Source: Somniosus microcephalus
Taxonomy: Eukaryota
Direction: 5' to 3'
NCBI GenBank assembly: GCA_052327205.1
Contig: CM126206.1
Span: 92,876,001 to 92,940,000, forward strand
DNA length: 64,000 bases
The position numbers and the translations under genes were made by a program. Below, one piece after another: positions 48,267 to 61,965 of the stretch. Each line of letters opens with the position of its first letter. Positions within the stretch are counted from its first letter, which is position 1. The notes beneath the pieces were generated by a model. It worked only from the letters and a program-made list of their open reading frames with translations, had not been told where the DNA came from and searched no databases.

Positions 48267-50555
48267 CAACATAAGGATTTCTCACTCGAAATGGAGAGCG
48301 AAGAAATTGACTCAGAGACTAAGGTCCTGAATTTAAACAAGGGGAATTATGATGCCATGAGACGGGAACTGAGTAGGTCTGATTGGACAACGTTCCTGAG
48401 AGGACTGGAGGTAGATAAACAATGGCAAACATTTAAAGATAGAATGACAAAATTGCAAAAATTGTTTATACCAATCTGGCATAAAAGGAAATCTAAAAAG
48501 GTGACTCAACCGTGGATAACAGGGGAAATTAGAGACAGCATAAAATCCAAAGATAGGGCGTATAAAATAGCCAAAAGAAGCGCCAGAGCGGAAGATTGGG
48601 AACAGTTTAAGATAGAGCAAAGGAGGGCAAAGGGCATGATCAAGAGGGGCAAAATAGCTTACGAAAACAAGCTGGCGGAAAATATAAAAACTAACTCCAA
48701 AAGCTTTTATAAATATATCAAAAGGAAAAGACTGGTGAAAACCAAAGTTGGTCCATTGCAGTCAGATACGGGGGAATATATAATGGGAAATAAGGAAATG
48801 GCAGATCAACTAAATGCATACTTTGGGTCAGTCTTTACGAAGGAAGACACAAAAAACCTCCCTGGGATATCGGGAAAAATAGGGACATTGGCAAAGGAGG
48901 AACTGACGCAAATCAATATCTCTAAGGATATGGTGTTAAGGAAGCTAAAGGGATTGAAGGTGGACAAATCCCCAGGGCCTGATAACATGCATCCTAGGGT
49001 ACTGAAGGAGGTGGCCCTAGAGATAGCGGATGCACTAAGGATGATTTTTCAGAATTCATTAGACTCGGGAACAGTGCCGATGGATTGGAGGGTAGCTAAC
49101 GTTACCCCACTATTCAAAAAGGGGGGTAGGGAAAAAGCAGGTAATTACAGACCTGTAAGCCTTACATCAGTTGTGGGCAAAATGCTGGAGTCCATCATTA
49201 AGGATGAAATAGCGGAGCACTTAGCAAATGGGGACAGGATAGGACAGAGTCAACATGGATTTACAAAGGGTAAATCGTGCTTGACTAATCTATTGGAATT
49301 TTTTGAGGGAGTAACTGGTAGAATAGATGGGGGAGAGCCAGTAGATGTGGTGTACCTGGACTTCCAAAAGGCCTTCGATAAGGTCCCACATAAAAGATTA
49401 GCATGGAAAATTGAGGCTCATGGGATAAAGGGGAAAGTTTTGGCGTGGATAGGGAACTGGCTGTCAGATAGAAAACAGAGAGTTGGAATAAACGGCTCAT
49501 TTTCTGAATGGCAGGCAGTAACAAGTGGGGTACCACAGGGATCTGTCCTGGGCCCCCAGCTGTTCACAATTTACATTAATGACCTGGATCAGGGAGTCGG
49601 ATGCAGCATTTCCAAATTTGCAGACGACACTAAACTAGGAGGTGGGGTGGGCTCAGAGGAAGAGACCAGGAAGCTCCAGAGCGATTTGGACAGACTGGGC
49701 GATTGGGCGGATAAATGGCAGATGCACTATAATGTGGACAAGTGCGAAGTTATCCACCTTGGGTGCAGGAACGGGAGGGCAAATTATTATTTAAATGGCA
49801 ATAGATTGGGAGAGGGGGAAGTACAGAGAGACCTGGGTGTTCTTGTACACCAGTCACTGAAGGCGAGCATGCAGGTGCAACAGGCGGTCAAGAAGGCAAA
49901 CGGTATGCTGGCCTTCATAGCAAAAGGGTTAGAATACAGGAACAGGGATACCTTGCTGCAGCTGTACAGGGCACTGGTGAGACCACACCTCGAGTACTGT
50001 GTACAGTTTTGGTCGCCTCATCTGAGGAAGGATGTTCTTGCCATGGAGGGGGTGCAGCGGCGATTCACCAGGCTGATACCAGGAATGGCGGGAATGACCT
50101 ATGAGGAGAGACTATGTAATTTAGGGATGTACACACTGGAGTTTAGAAGATTGAGAGGGGACCTCATAGAAGTGTATAAAATTCTGACAGGTCTAGACAG
50201 ACTGGATGCAGAAGGAATGTTTCCCTTGGCGGGTGAGAACAGAACTAGAGGACATAATTTAAGGATAAGGGCTAAACCATTTAGGACAGAGATGAGGGGG
50301 AATTTCTTCACTCAGAGTGGTGAACCTGTGGAACTCATTGCCACAGAGGGCAGTGTACGCCAGCTCATTAAATATATTTAAGAGGGAATTAGATATATTT
50401 CTACGGGCAAAAGGGGTTAAGGGTTACGGAGAGAAGGCGGGGACGGGATACTGAATTAAAGGATCAGCCATGATCTCATTAAATGGCGGAGCAGGCACGA
50501 AGGGCCGAATGGCCTACTCCTGCTCCTATCTTCTATGTATCTATGTATCTATGTA
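48267..50555 (+). mobile_element. Young 5'-truncated CR1 LINE with a 696-codon open ORF2 segment (48291-50381)
   Basis: Uninterrupted RT domain (DFQKAFD, GVPQGSVLGP, KFADD), no endonuclease domain, one late frameshift after FFTQ, (TCTATGTA)n tail. Confidence 0.95.
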
Positions 50556-51088
50556 TAAGTTTAACTCATGGCTTCTTTGGTTTACATGGCTTCATTACTT
50601 CAGATATTGGTCATATCCCATCCCTAATCCTTTACCCCACAACAACTTAACCTTTTTTCATAGCTCAATGATTTTCAATGTGGATTCATTTGTTTCCTTT
50701 CCAATATCAATTTAATTTGCAGGTATATCATCAAATATGTGGTGTCAGTAATGCTTTATGAAGTGTCGATATTACCCTGGAATTCAACTCTGAGGAGCCA
50801 CTTACACATCCAGCCATTTATTTGCCTTGGCAACTGCTGCCATATACTGAAACAACATTTCACTGTTTTGTAAGCTATTACACTCTTCTTATTTAACAAG
50901 GTACCCTGGGTTATGCAATCTTATTCGCTATTTGTTTGTATTGGCATATATTACTTTATATTTCTCAATATTAAATGTCACAAGACAGTCTCTAAATCTA
51001 AATCTGAGTTGAAGACACTTTCCATTGAACATTCTGCTTTCACAAACAGCATCATCTGTGAACTTAGACATTCTATTTGTAATACTTT

Positions 51089-52975
51089 ATGACACTGAAT
51101 GAATATTTTACATCAGTCTTTACAGTAGAGGACACCAAGAATATCCCAACACTTGACAAGCAGGGGGCTATAGGGGGGGAGGAGCTAAATACGATTAAAA
51201 TCACTAAGGAAGTAGTACTTGGTAAAATAATGGGACTCAAGGCGGATAAATCACCTGGACCTGATGGCTTACATCCCAGGGTTTTGAGGGAAGTGGCGGT
51301 AGGGATTGTGGATGCATTGGTAATAATCTTCCAAAACTCCCTGGACTCAGCAAAGGTCCCGGCAGACTGGAAAACTGCTAATGTAACACCCTTATTTAAA
51401 AAGGGCAGTAGACAGAAGGCTGGAAACTATAGACCGGTTAGCCGAACATCTGTGGTAGGTAAAATTTTGGAGTCCATTATTAAGGAGACAGTAACAGGAC
51501 ATTTGGATAATCATAATTTAATAGGACAAAGTCAGCATGGTTTTATGAAGGGGAAGTCATGTTTGACAAATTTGCTGGAGTTCTTTGAGGAAGTAACATA
51601 TAGGGTGGATAAAGGTGAACCAGTGGACGTAGTGTATTTAGACTTCCAAAAGGCATTTGACAAGGTGCCACACAAAAGATTATTGCTTAAGATAAAAAAT
51701 CACGGGATTGGGGGTAATATTCTGGCATGGATAGAGGATTGGCTATCTAACAGAAGGCAGAGAGTTGGGATAAATGGTTCATATTCAGACTGGCAATCAG
51801 TAACCAGTGGTGTTCCACAGGGGTCAGTGCTGGGTCCCCAACTCTTTACAATGTATATTAACGATTTGGAGGAGGGGACCGAGTGTAACACGTCAAAGTT
51901 TGCAGATGATACTAAGATGGGAGGGAAAGTAGTGAGTGAGGAGGACATAAAAAACCTGCAAGGGGACATAGACAGGCTAAGTAAGTGGGCAGAGATTTGG
52001 CAGATGGAATACAATACTGGAAAGTGTGAGGTTATGCACTTTGGCAGGAAAAATCGTAGAGCAAGTTATTATCTTAATGGCAAGAAACTTGAAAGTACTG
52101 AAGTACAAAGGGATCTGGGGGTCCTGGTGCACGAAACTCAAAAGGTTAGTATGCAGGTGCAGCAAGTGATTAAGAAGGCCAATGGAATGTTGGCTTTCAT
52201 TGCTAGGGGGATAGAATATAAAAATAGGGAGGTATTGCTTCAGTTGTACAAGGTATTGGTGAGACCGCACCTGGAATACTGCATACAGTTTTGGTGTCCA
52301 TACTTAAGAAAGGACATACTTGCTCTCGAGTCAGTACAAAGAAGGTTCACTCGATTAATCCCGGGGATGAGGGGATGGACATATGAGGAGAGGTTGAGTA
52401 GATTGGGACTCTACTCATTGGAGTTCAGAAGAATGAGAGGCGATCTTATTGAAACATATAAGATTGTGAAGGGGTTGGATCGGGTGGATGCAGGGAGGAT
52501 GTTCCAGATGATGGGTGAAACTAGAACTAGGGGGCATAGTCTTAGAATAAGGGGCTGCTCTTTCAAAACTGAGATGAGGAGGAACTACTTCACTCAGAGG
52601 GTGGTAGGTCCATGGAATATGCTGCCCCAAAAAGCTGTCGAAGCTACATCATTACATAAATTTAAAACAGAAATAGACAGTTTCCTAGTAGAAAAGGGAA
52701 TTAAGGGTTACGGGGAGCGGGCAGGAATTTGGACATGAGTCTAGGTTCGGATAGGTCATGGCCCTGTGGGTAGCGGAGCGGGCCCAGGGGCCGTGTAGCC
52801 TGATCCTGCTCCTGTTTTCGTGTGTCTAATGCTGTTAGATTCAGGAGATAGTCCTGTCATAGTGGATTGGCGGTTAGGATCAGATCAGCCATGATCTTAT
52901 TGAATGGCGGAGCAGGCTCGAGGGGCCAATTGGCCTACTCCTGCTCCTATTTCTTATGTTCTTATGTTCTTATGT
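51089..52975 (+). mobile_element. Young 5'-truncated CR1 LINE, RT open to its natural stop (51089-52738), extended 3' UTR
   Basis: 549-aa ORF with all RT motifs, two tandem versions of the 3' stem-loop, (TTCTTATG)3 tail. Confidence 0.95.
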
Positions 52976-54122
52976 TTAATTGAGGAGGAAAGAGCTTTTC
53001 GGAACAGAGAAAGATAATTCAGCCCAAGGCTGTCCCTTCTTGTTCTATCAACCCCAGCTGCCCACTTCCCCTGATGTCCTTCAATCCTCTGTCTCTCCAG
53101 AATCAAACTCACCCTTGATCAATATTTACTGCTTCAATGGCCTTTCTTTATAACTCTGTTACACTTTGGGTGGAAGAGATCTACCAGACTTCCAAGGTCA
53201 GTTATAATTACTGTATTGTCAACAGCAGAGGTCCCAGGAACAATGTCAAGTCCTCAGCTAGGAACAAACATCAACTTGAGCTACTGCAACTGATCATTAT
53301 CAGCAGCTTCATATGTAACAATTTATTATCCAACTTACATGTTTCTCCATTATCCCTAGAGTTTCTTGGAGCTTGTTTGAATGTCTCAGAGAATTGGAGA
53401 GGAATTTCCCAGAATGTTCCTGCTACCATCTTTTCCTCTCCAGGAATGAACCATACTACTGTTTGGGGAAGGTGGTGCACGAGGCTAGGTGAGCATTCCT
53501 GGGCCTGAGGGTCTTTCCTCACCTTTTTGTGTATGTTCACTTGAGAATACAAATGAAGTTAGAGGTAGAAGGCACTCTGGCTTCAGTTATTTTGTTGTAG
53601 GTCATTAAATACAAGAGTAGTAACAGAAGAAGGGCAAAGAGTTGATGACATTTCCATTTCTGAAATGGGTCAAAAGAATGATTTTATGAATTAGAGCTGG
53701 GTGTCAAAAATAGAAAAGAGTACTGGAGTCTGTTGTACAGGAAGCAATAGCAAGTTAAGTGCATGTTAAAAGATTAAATCAATAGCAGATGTCAGTTATG
53801 AAAGGCAGGTATGTCATGCCTATCAAATGTATTACCTTTTTTTTAAAGCGTGTAACAGAATTGGATGTTCACCAATCTTTTCAAAGCCAAAATGTGTAAC
53901 TACCCCGAGAGAGATTTGTGGTTAAAATGAAACTCATGGGATAAAGGAGGAACCTGTCAGTTGCATAATAAAGAACACAGGATGCTACCCCCACTTTGGT
54001 GGGTCATCTTACTTAACTTAGAGAATTATTCCTCTCCATCCTGTCCAATATGTCAAAGACTGTACCTGTAATTCCCTGACTGACACAACCTTTAGCTGCC
54101 CGCCCACCTGAATGACTGACTG

Positions 54123-54195
54123 TTGCCTGACCTGCTGAGTTTTTCCAGCAATTTTTGTTGTTATTTCGGATTTCCAGCATCTGCAGTATTTTGCT
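54123..54195 (+). mobile_element. Short Penelope pseudo-LTR fragment
   Basis: GCCTGACCTGCTGAGTTTTTCCAGC...ATTTCCAGCATCTGCAGTATTTTGC is the reverse complement of 8840-8912. Confidence 0.7.
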
Positions 54196-54569
54196 ATCGT
54201 CCCATTCACAAAAGCCTGCCTTGGTGACTCTCAAACCAACAAAGATCAAAGAGGTTTCCAACACAATGGCGAGAGGTGTCTTTCCAAATGTACCAGGCAA
54301 ACTAATGAATCGCTTATCGTTTAGTTGCTGGGAGGAGCTACTTCTGATTAGCACCTTTTGTGAAGGTGCCTCATGAGAATACACACGGCTTTTAAAAACC
54401 CCAGCATTTAAAAGTAAAAGCAGGAGATGGGTCTCATGGACAAAATGAGCTCAGAGGACATGAAGGGAGATAGGAGAGGAGCTAGAGAAAGATGTGGGTT
54501 TATGCTAGAGCATGAGGCAAACTTCGGGGAAATTTGGCTTGTGGGCAAGAGGAGGTGTGAGATGAGGCA

Positions 54570-56409
54570 CTGTAGACCATGAGCTTGGTGCTGGGTTTGA
54601 GGTACTGGTCTTCAAACACACTCTTCCTCAGGCGACTGAAGGCAGCACTGGCACACTGAAGGCGGTGTTGGACTTAATTATCGACGTCTGCCCTTGTTGA
54701 CAGTAGGCTCCCGAGGTATGGAAATTGATTCACTTTGTCTAAGGCCTTGTCATGGATTTTGATAATTGGGGGGCAGTACTGTGTGGCGGGGGCAGGTTGG
54801 TAGAGGACCTTTGTCTTACGGATGTTTAGTGTACGCTTCGGTGAAGGTGTTGGCGATGGTTTGGCGTTCGACCTCAGTGAGCGCAGACGCAAGCGTCGTC
54901 TGCATTTGACGACAGAGGATGGGACGAACTTGGATCTGGACTGGAGGCGACAGAGGTTGAACAGTTTCCTGTTTGTTCTGTAAATCAGCTCCACTCCAGC
55001 AGGGAGCTTATTGAGGGCGAGATGGAGCATTGCAGCAAGGAAGATCGAGAAGAGTGTTGGTGAGATGACACAGCCTTGCTTGACCCCGGTCCATACGTGA
55101 ATTGGGTCTCTGGTGGAACCGTTGGTCAGGATCACGGCTTGCATGTCGTCGTGGAGCAGGCGGAGGATGGTGACAAACTTTTGAGGGCAGCCGAATTTGA
55201 GGAGGACACTCCATAATCCCTCATGGTTGACAGTGTCGAAGGCCTTTGTGAGATCAAAGGTGGTCATGTACAGCGGTTGGTGCTGTTCCTTGCATTTCTC
55301 TTGTAATTGATGCGCAGTGAAAATCATGTCCATTGTGCCCTTAGTGGGAGGAGCTCTTCGGCCACTGGGAGAAGGTGATTGAGGAGAATTCTTGTGATGG
55401 TTTTCCCTGTGGCAGACAGCAGGGAAACTCCTCTGTAATTACCACAATCGGACTTGTCACCTTTCTTGAAGATGGTCACAATTACGGCATCTCTGAGATC
55501 CCTGGCATGCTCTCCTCCTTCCAGATAAAAGAAATGAGTTCATGAATTCACACCAGTAGTGCTTCCCCGCCATGCTTTAGTGCCTCGACGGGGAATCCAT
55601 CTGCTCCTGAGGCCTTGTTGTTCTTCAGTTGTCGGATGGCCTTTTCAACCTCATGCCGGGCTGGGGTTGTGCCGAGATGGTGGCGGGTAGCATGCTGTGG
55701 GATGGAGTTGAGGACACTCGCCTCGAAGACAGAGTCTCAGTTAAGGAGATCTTCAAAGTGATAGTGATTCTCAGAGCAGCAGTGATACCCGCCCTGCTGT
55801 ATGCCTCAGAGGCATGGACCATGTACAGCAGGCACCTCAAAGCACTGGAGAGGTACCACCAAAGCTGCCTCTGTAAATCCATTGGCAGGATAGGCGCACC
55901 AACGTCAGTGTTCTCGCTCAGGCCAACATTCCCAGCATCGAAGCTTTGGCCACACTCGATCAGCTCCAATGGAGGGGTCACATCGTCCACACGCCCGATG
56001 ACTCCCAAAGCAAGCGCTCTACTCGGGGCTCCGACACGGCAAGAGAGCCCCAGGTGGGCAGAGGAAACACTTCAAGGACACCCTCAAAGCCTCCTTGAAA
56101 AAGTGCAACACCCCCACTGACACCTGGGAATCCCTGGCCCAAGACCGCACAAAGTGGAGGAGAAGCATCCGGGGAGGCGCTGAACACCTCGAGTCTCTTC
56201 GCCGGGAGCAAGCGGAAGCCAAGCGCAAGCAGCACAAGGAGCGCATGTCAACCCAAGCACCCCACCCACCTGCCCCTTCAACCACCGTCTGCCCCACCAG
56301 TGACAGAGGCTGTAGGTCCTGCATTGGACTCATCAGTCACCTGAGAACTCATTTTTAATGTGGAAGCAAGTCATCCTCGGTTCCGAGGGACTGCCTAAGA
56401 AAAAGAGAA
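54570..56409 (+). mobile_element. RTE-clade LINE with an inverted 5' segment (54570-~55760 minus, ~55771-56409 plus)
   Basis: Minus part carries RT (FDLTKAFDTV, GVKQGCVISPTLF ... KLMVY). Plus part reads RAAVIPALLYASE through to the 3' tail. 10-bp TSD AGATGAGGCA at 54560-54569 and 56410-56419. Confidence 0.92.
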
Positions 56410-56419
56410 AGATGAGGCA

Positions 56420-57360
56420 GAGGCAGCTGACCAGATGGCCTCAATCTTAAATTTTTTATGTAAAACAGATTAGTGACAAGGACGTTAATGTGCTCCTCAC
56501 ATTTTGTGTTGGGAGGTGAGGATGGAGGGGAGAATGGAGGGGGGGTTAAGGAGATGATCAATAGTGGAGAAAAGAAGCTGCAGGTTATCTTTGTTCTCCA
56601 GGATGATCCTGGAGTAGTGAACAGTTTTGGTAGAGGAGAGCAAGTCATGATAGTTCTTGATAGGGTCCAGCGAGATCTGGCGATGGATGGCTAAATCAGT
56701 TGTATAACTGACACATTCAAATCTGCGTGTCTTAGACTTGAGGGAGTGAAGATGAGGGCCATATGATGGTGATGAACAAGGTGGGACGAGTAAGGGTTTT
56801 ACTGGGGACAAGGTCCTCAAAAGCAGAGGTGTGGGAGTGACTGACAGATACACTGCTGCAGCGGTATTGCGGAGAATGGAGGTGCCATAGGGTAGAGAGT
56901 TGGGAGTTTGAAAGTGCTGTTGTAAGAGCTTTGGGGGAAGTCTTTTCCAGGGATGGATGCAGCATGAAGTGGGTAAGGGGATGTCAGTGGTGAGGTATAC
57001 AAGAAAAAATGGTGACTGCCGTTGAAGAGTCTAATGGGCTCTATGCTACAAGTTATTGAGCCAAGGTGCTTAGCCAGAAGAGGATATTGATGACCACAAA
57101 GTCTGGATGCAGATGTGTGTGGCTGCTGATCAGACGGACAAATGATGATGATTTCCTTGCTTGTGCAGTTGAAGCCATAAACAAGCTGAAGCCAGAGAAT
57201 GTTAGCTGCTCCATCACTCAGCAGTACATTGTTATGGCAACTGTAAAGGGAAGGAGCACGGTTAAGCAAAAACAAAGAGCCTTTAAAGAGGTGCTAGTAC
57301 AGTGTGATCAAAAATTGCTGTGAAGATAATGATGCAACATGTCATGAGATAAGGAGGGTC
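56420..57360 (-). mobile_element. Old L2-like LINE remnant (also continues left of 54560) hosting the RTE insertion
   Basis: Decayed peptide LLSSTKTVHYSRIILENKDN..LLFSTIDHLLNPP. Weak. Confidence 0.45.
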
Positions 57361-58695
57361 ATTAGAGAGATGAAACAGGATCAGCTACTGCTTTTTGCCA
57401 CAAGGGCAAGCAATTACTCAAAAAAATGATGCTAAATCATTTGTTTGTTCGCTAGGATATGTTATCAATTGTAGACAAGAGGCTCCCTCAGAATTAGTGC
57501 TGATGACTGACGAGTACAGTGTTCTTCTCGAAACCACTGAGTGTCTGGAGTCAGCACTATGCTGAGTTTGAGTCTGAATTACAGAATGCAGTAAGGGCCC
57601 ATCTGCATGGAGATTAGGCAAACTGTTGGGGTGAACTGTACAGTTAGAAATCCTTAATAAACCAGTATGATGGGAGGAAGTGGACTCTGCGCTACCTCAC
57701 CAAGCTAATGGTAGGGTAGCTGGTGTGAGTGGTGTTCATGCCAACTTCCTAAAGTTTGCTCTAGGCAAGAGATGGAGAACTGCAATAATCTTGAAGAGCA
57801 GAGGAAGGTTTTATTGCTTTGAAGCTGCCCTTCTGAGGCTGGTGATAAGATTCTGTTTGTGGCAAATGGACCCTCAATATTCCAGAGCTTGCTTGTGGTT
57901 TTCATTCAATGAGGAGAGGGGTCCTATTGAGCCAGAAAACTATCGAGGAGTCGCACTGACATCAGTGGTTTTTAAAGTAATTATTCAGGCACCTATATTA
58001 GAGACTCTAGAGTCTCATGTAATCAGAAAAGAGCAGGTTTGATTACCCTCTGGTAAGGAACATGTAGGACCAGTGATGGCTTTAAAATAGGTTGCAAAAC
58101 ATCATAAGGTTCAGGGGAAGCCCACATACTGTTTGCAATAATTTTTGAAAGGCTTTCAACCTCAGGATAAAGTTGGAAGTAATGGGACTACATAGTCAAA
58201 TCTTGGCTATTTTCCAGGCTGTGTACGCCAGTTCCAAGATCTGTGTACGGGTAAATGGAAGATTCACTAAACCTGATCACTCGTGAAAGACAAGTGAGGC
58301 AAGATTGTCCACAATCACCAAATAGCAACCTGAGGACACAAAGCAACACACAAAACTTGATAGTTTTTTATGAGTGATCGGCATGATTGTCAATTGGACA
58401 GCAAACTGTGCAATACAGTTTTGTAAGAAAGGGTGCCAAGTGAAATGACACCATAAACGGAGTCACAATTATAGTTACAAGAGTGGAAATTTCCTGCCAA
58501 AATGATTCCGATACTGCATCTCATTAATCTCTTCCATTTTATAACCACTTCAATGTCATTTGACAGCACTAAACTTTAGTCCATCAATATTGTTCTGCTG
58601 TAGGCTCTATAACCACTTAAAAAAATCAAATATAAACAAGTAGCAATGAGCACAAAAAGTTGTAGATGGACTGATTTTGCCCACTGGAGAGTTAC

Positions 58696-58785
58696 CTTTG
58701 ATGCAGTGAGCAACATCATAGTGCATTTCTCTAATATTGCCCTGGCAGCTGCCATCCTCGCCTTCTTCTTTTCATCCTTCAGATC
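58696..58785 (-). CDS. CTNNAL1: alpha-catulin exon (first found in window): DLKDEKKKARMAAARAILEKCTMMLLTASK
   Basis: 90 nt, GATAG acceptor, GTAACT donor, phase 0/0. It joins the TCLRHP exon in frame. Confidence 0.96.
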
Positions 58786-59039
58786 CTATCAAAGTAGAAC
58801 AAAAGCAACTTTTACATACCATTACATCAACTTAATTAGCTAGATGCAGTCAATTGCCCTGAGACAGCATCATTATGTATGCTGCACGACACTGAGAGGT
58901 TCATATAGGGGTCCTATATGCTGTGATCCTTATTTAATAAAACCATTTTGTAAAACAAAATGGCTAAAGTGGTAAAGGTATTTTTTTAGGCAGTACTTTG
59001 ATTTGCAAAATTGTCAAAAAAACAGGAATTATTCCCTCT

Positions 59040-59435
59040 TTTATTATTCATTCTCGTAATGTGGATATCACTGGCAAGGCCAGAATTTATTTCCCATTTC
59101 TAAATACAACCGAGTGGCTTGCTAGGCCACTTCAGAGGACAATCAAGAGTCAACCATGTTGTGGGACTGGAGTCGGGTATAGGCCAGATTGGTTAGGGAA
59201 GGAAACCTGCTGTTCTTAAAGGGCATTAGTGAACCAGCTGGCTTTTTACAGCAATCTGACAACTTCATGGTCAGTTTTTTTCCAAACCAGCCTTTTATTT
59301 CCAGATTTTTTAAAAAATAAACTGAATTCAAATTCTCAATTTTGCCATGGTGGGATTTGAACTCATGTTCGCTGCATTATTAGTACAGGCCTCTGGATTA
59401 TCAATCCAATAACATAACCATTACACTACCATACC
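59040..59435 (-). mobile_element. tRNA-derived SINE (family of 8730 and 33600)
   Basis: Minus-strand GAGTTCAAATCCCACCATGGC, GGTTCACTAATGCCCTTT and GGCCTAGCAAGCCACTCGG. Confidence 0.75.
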
Positions 59436-59829
59436 CATATTGCACTGTTCAAAATGCATTTCTCCATTGTTCGCCATTAGTGAATTGTAGCCTTTTATTG
59501 GCATTAGTGGGCAATAGCATAAAAAATTGTTTGCTAGGCATTTTCTCAATACTGACTTCAGATAATTATTTTCAGCTTCATCCTACTCTGAAGGTGAAAA
59601 TGTTTGCCAGTGGACCCATTAATAAAGATTTTTTTTACCTGTGCAATACAAGCAGGTTCACTACAGATCTTAAAGAAAATCCAAGTTTCATAGCGGATGG
59701 AAACACCCAAAGCTGTTCAAAGAGGTTTAGAGAAAGGAGAAGCAAACCAAGACTACAATAAGTATTAGGAGATTATATATCTGCTCCATCTTCACCAGTT
59801 TTCCTCTTTTATTCATTTCTTTTGCTCCC

Positions 59830-60160
59830 ATCTTGAAGTACTTGCTGGGGTTATGGGTTGCACAGTCTCCCCAGATACCGTCTGGTGCCCACATAGCTGT
59901 TACTCATGTGTGAGCATTGACATTGAGCTATTTGAACATGGAAGCCTCACAGCTTGATACTCTTCTCATCAATGTGCCTGTGAGAAATCAAAAAAGCAGA
60001 CTTCCAGCAAGGCTGTGAGCTAATTTCCCCTCTCTAACCCAGAGGCACTGAGACCAATTGTGGCTTCCCAACTTCTGCCCTGGCTGAGATATGTTAATTC
60101 AGTAGCAACCAAGGATCAAACCTGGCTCAGGTACTCACTGGATTAAGTCACTCAGTTATT
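59830..60160 (-). mobile_element. Ancient AmnSINE2-like SINE remnant
   Basis: Minus strand CCAGGTTTGATCCTTGG...TCTCAGCCAGGGCAG...ACAATTGGTCTCAGTGCCTCTGGGTTAGAGAGGGGAAA. The family name is from memory. Confidence 0.45.
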
Positions 60161-60758
60161 GAAAGTGCCAGTTATTTTTTTTATTATAGATTTTTTTAAA
60201 CTACAGACTGTGTTGACAATTGTACATTTAAATTTTTTTATTTTTTTAATAGAAACATGTGGCCAAAATTCAAATACACCCAAAATAAAATTAATTATCT
60301 CACCAAATAGCACATCAAGAATGCTTTTCGCTTAAGAATGATGATTTGAACACATGATTATTCTACTAATCCAGAGGGGGACTAGGGATGAGAGGAGGTC
60401 AAACTCATTCCAGGACGCAACAGAGCACTGCAGTGTGCCAGAACCAAGCACTTCTTCAGTGTCAGACTCCCTACTTTATGTGGTCTCACTAAAGCCAAGC
60501 AGCAAAATTGCAGTGCATATATAAACAATAATAACAAAAACAGTGTGGAAAATCCAAGTACAACACGTCACATGAAGGTATCAGTACAAAGCAGACTGAC
60601 CGATAACTGTAATACAAAAGACCAAACCAACATTATGAGCCACTATCAACTGATGGACCTTTAAGTAAATACGCTCAAATTTTGCAAACTAGACGAAAGA
60701 AGGTTATTAAGATTTCAAATTAACGATAAATTAGCTGGCATGATTAAAAATTTACTTG

Positions 60759-60870
60759 CGAACATACGAATTAGGAGCAGGAGTAGGCCACTTGGCCCCT
60801 CGAACCTGCTCCGCCATTCAATAAGATCATGGCTGATCTGATTACTCCACATTCCTGCCTACCCCCGATC
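60759..60870 (-). mobile_element. CR1 3' tail fragment
   Basis: GGAGCAGGAGTAGGCC...CTGCTCCGCCATTCAATAAGATCATGGCTGATC. Confidence 0.75.
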
Positions 60871-61965
60871 CCTGCAGTCTAAAAGGTCTGGTCATGAAAC
60901 AGGCTTTAAGAATTAGCCAGAGCTTTTCTGTAAAGTTTTGTGTACTTCACAGCTAGATCCACAAACTTTTCATTAATTACATTGGTTAAGTGGCTCATTA
61001 ACTGCATGAGAAATGTTAAAGGACTATTGTTAAGTGTTGCTAACTTGGCAATAAAAAGTAGAAGCTGTCAAACTATATCGATGAGGGTACTCCTAATAAT
61101 ATTAAATTTGCTGCTAAGCATGTGGCCTTATAACTACTACATAAGGAAATTATTTGCATTCAAAGGGAACAGAACAAAATGGACACATTGATTTGAGTGT
61201 GGACAAGTGCAAGATAATACATAAAATTCATACAGAAAATACAAAACAAATAACACAATGAATTAGTTAAGGTGGAAAATTGGGATCTGATTATTGTCCA
61301 TTCAATAAAAAAGTGTGAAACTGTTCAATGAGGTTTATCAAGCATAACAATACAAGTCAAATTTAAAAGTAGCATTACCTTTAGAATAGTGTATGTTATT
61401 TTGGATACTCAGTGCATTAAAAGGAGTCAGAGAAAAATGAAAAAGAAAACATACTTTAGACACAGTCCTGAACTGCTTTTCAGTGAAGAAAACAAATTAA
61501 AAAATATAGGTCTTTAAAATAGTGAAATGTGTAAATGGAAGGCTATTCAACTTAGACCGATTGCAGAACTGGAAGACATGAGTGCAAAATGAGCTAGCTT
61601 GAAACAAGACAAGCGAGTAAAAGGATTATTTCTTCCCATACTGCAAGCAGCACTGATTAACTCATCTATAAGAAATAGATAAATAAATATGTTGAATTCA
61701 ACTGCTAAGGGTTTAATGATGTAGGCTGTAATGTTAGATTCATATTCTAGAGGTTTGCTAGATTATTTCACAGAACTTCAGCTCAGCAGCAAGATCTATA
61801 GCTATTACCCCCCCTCAGGAGATTAAGTAATTTGAGCAAAGTTCATGATAGGGAAAACTGTACTTCGGCTGGAAGAAATGGGTTATATATTCTAACAATT
61901 TATAATTATACATCAGATTATTATATTCCATCAAAGTTGTAGTTCTCATCAAGAAAAGCTTGTCA

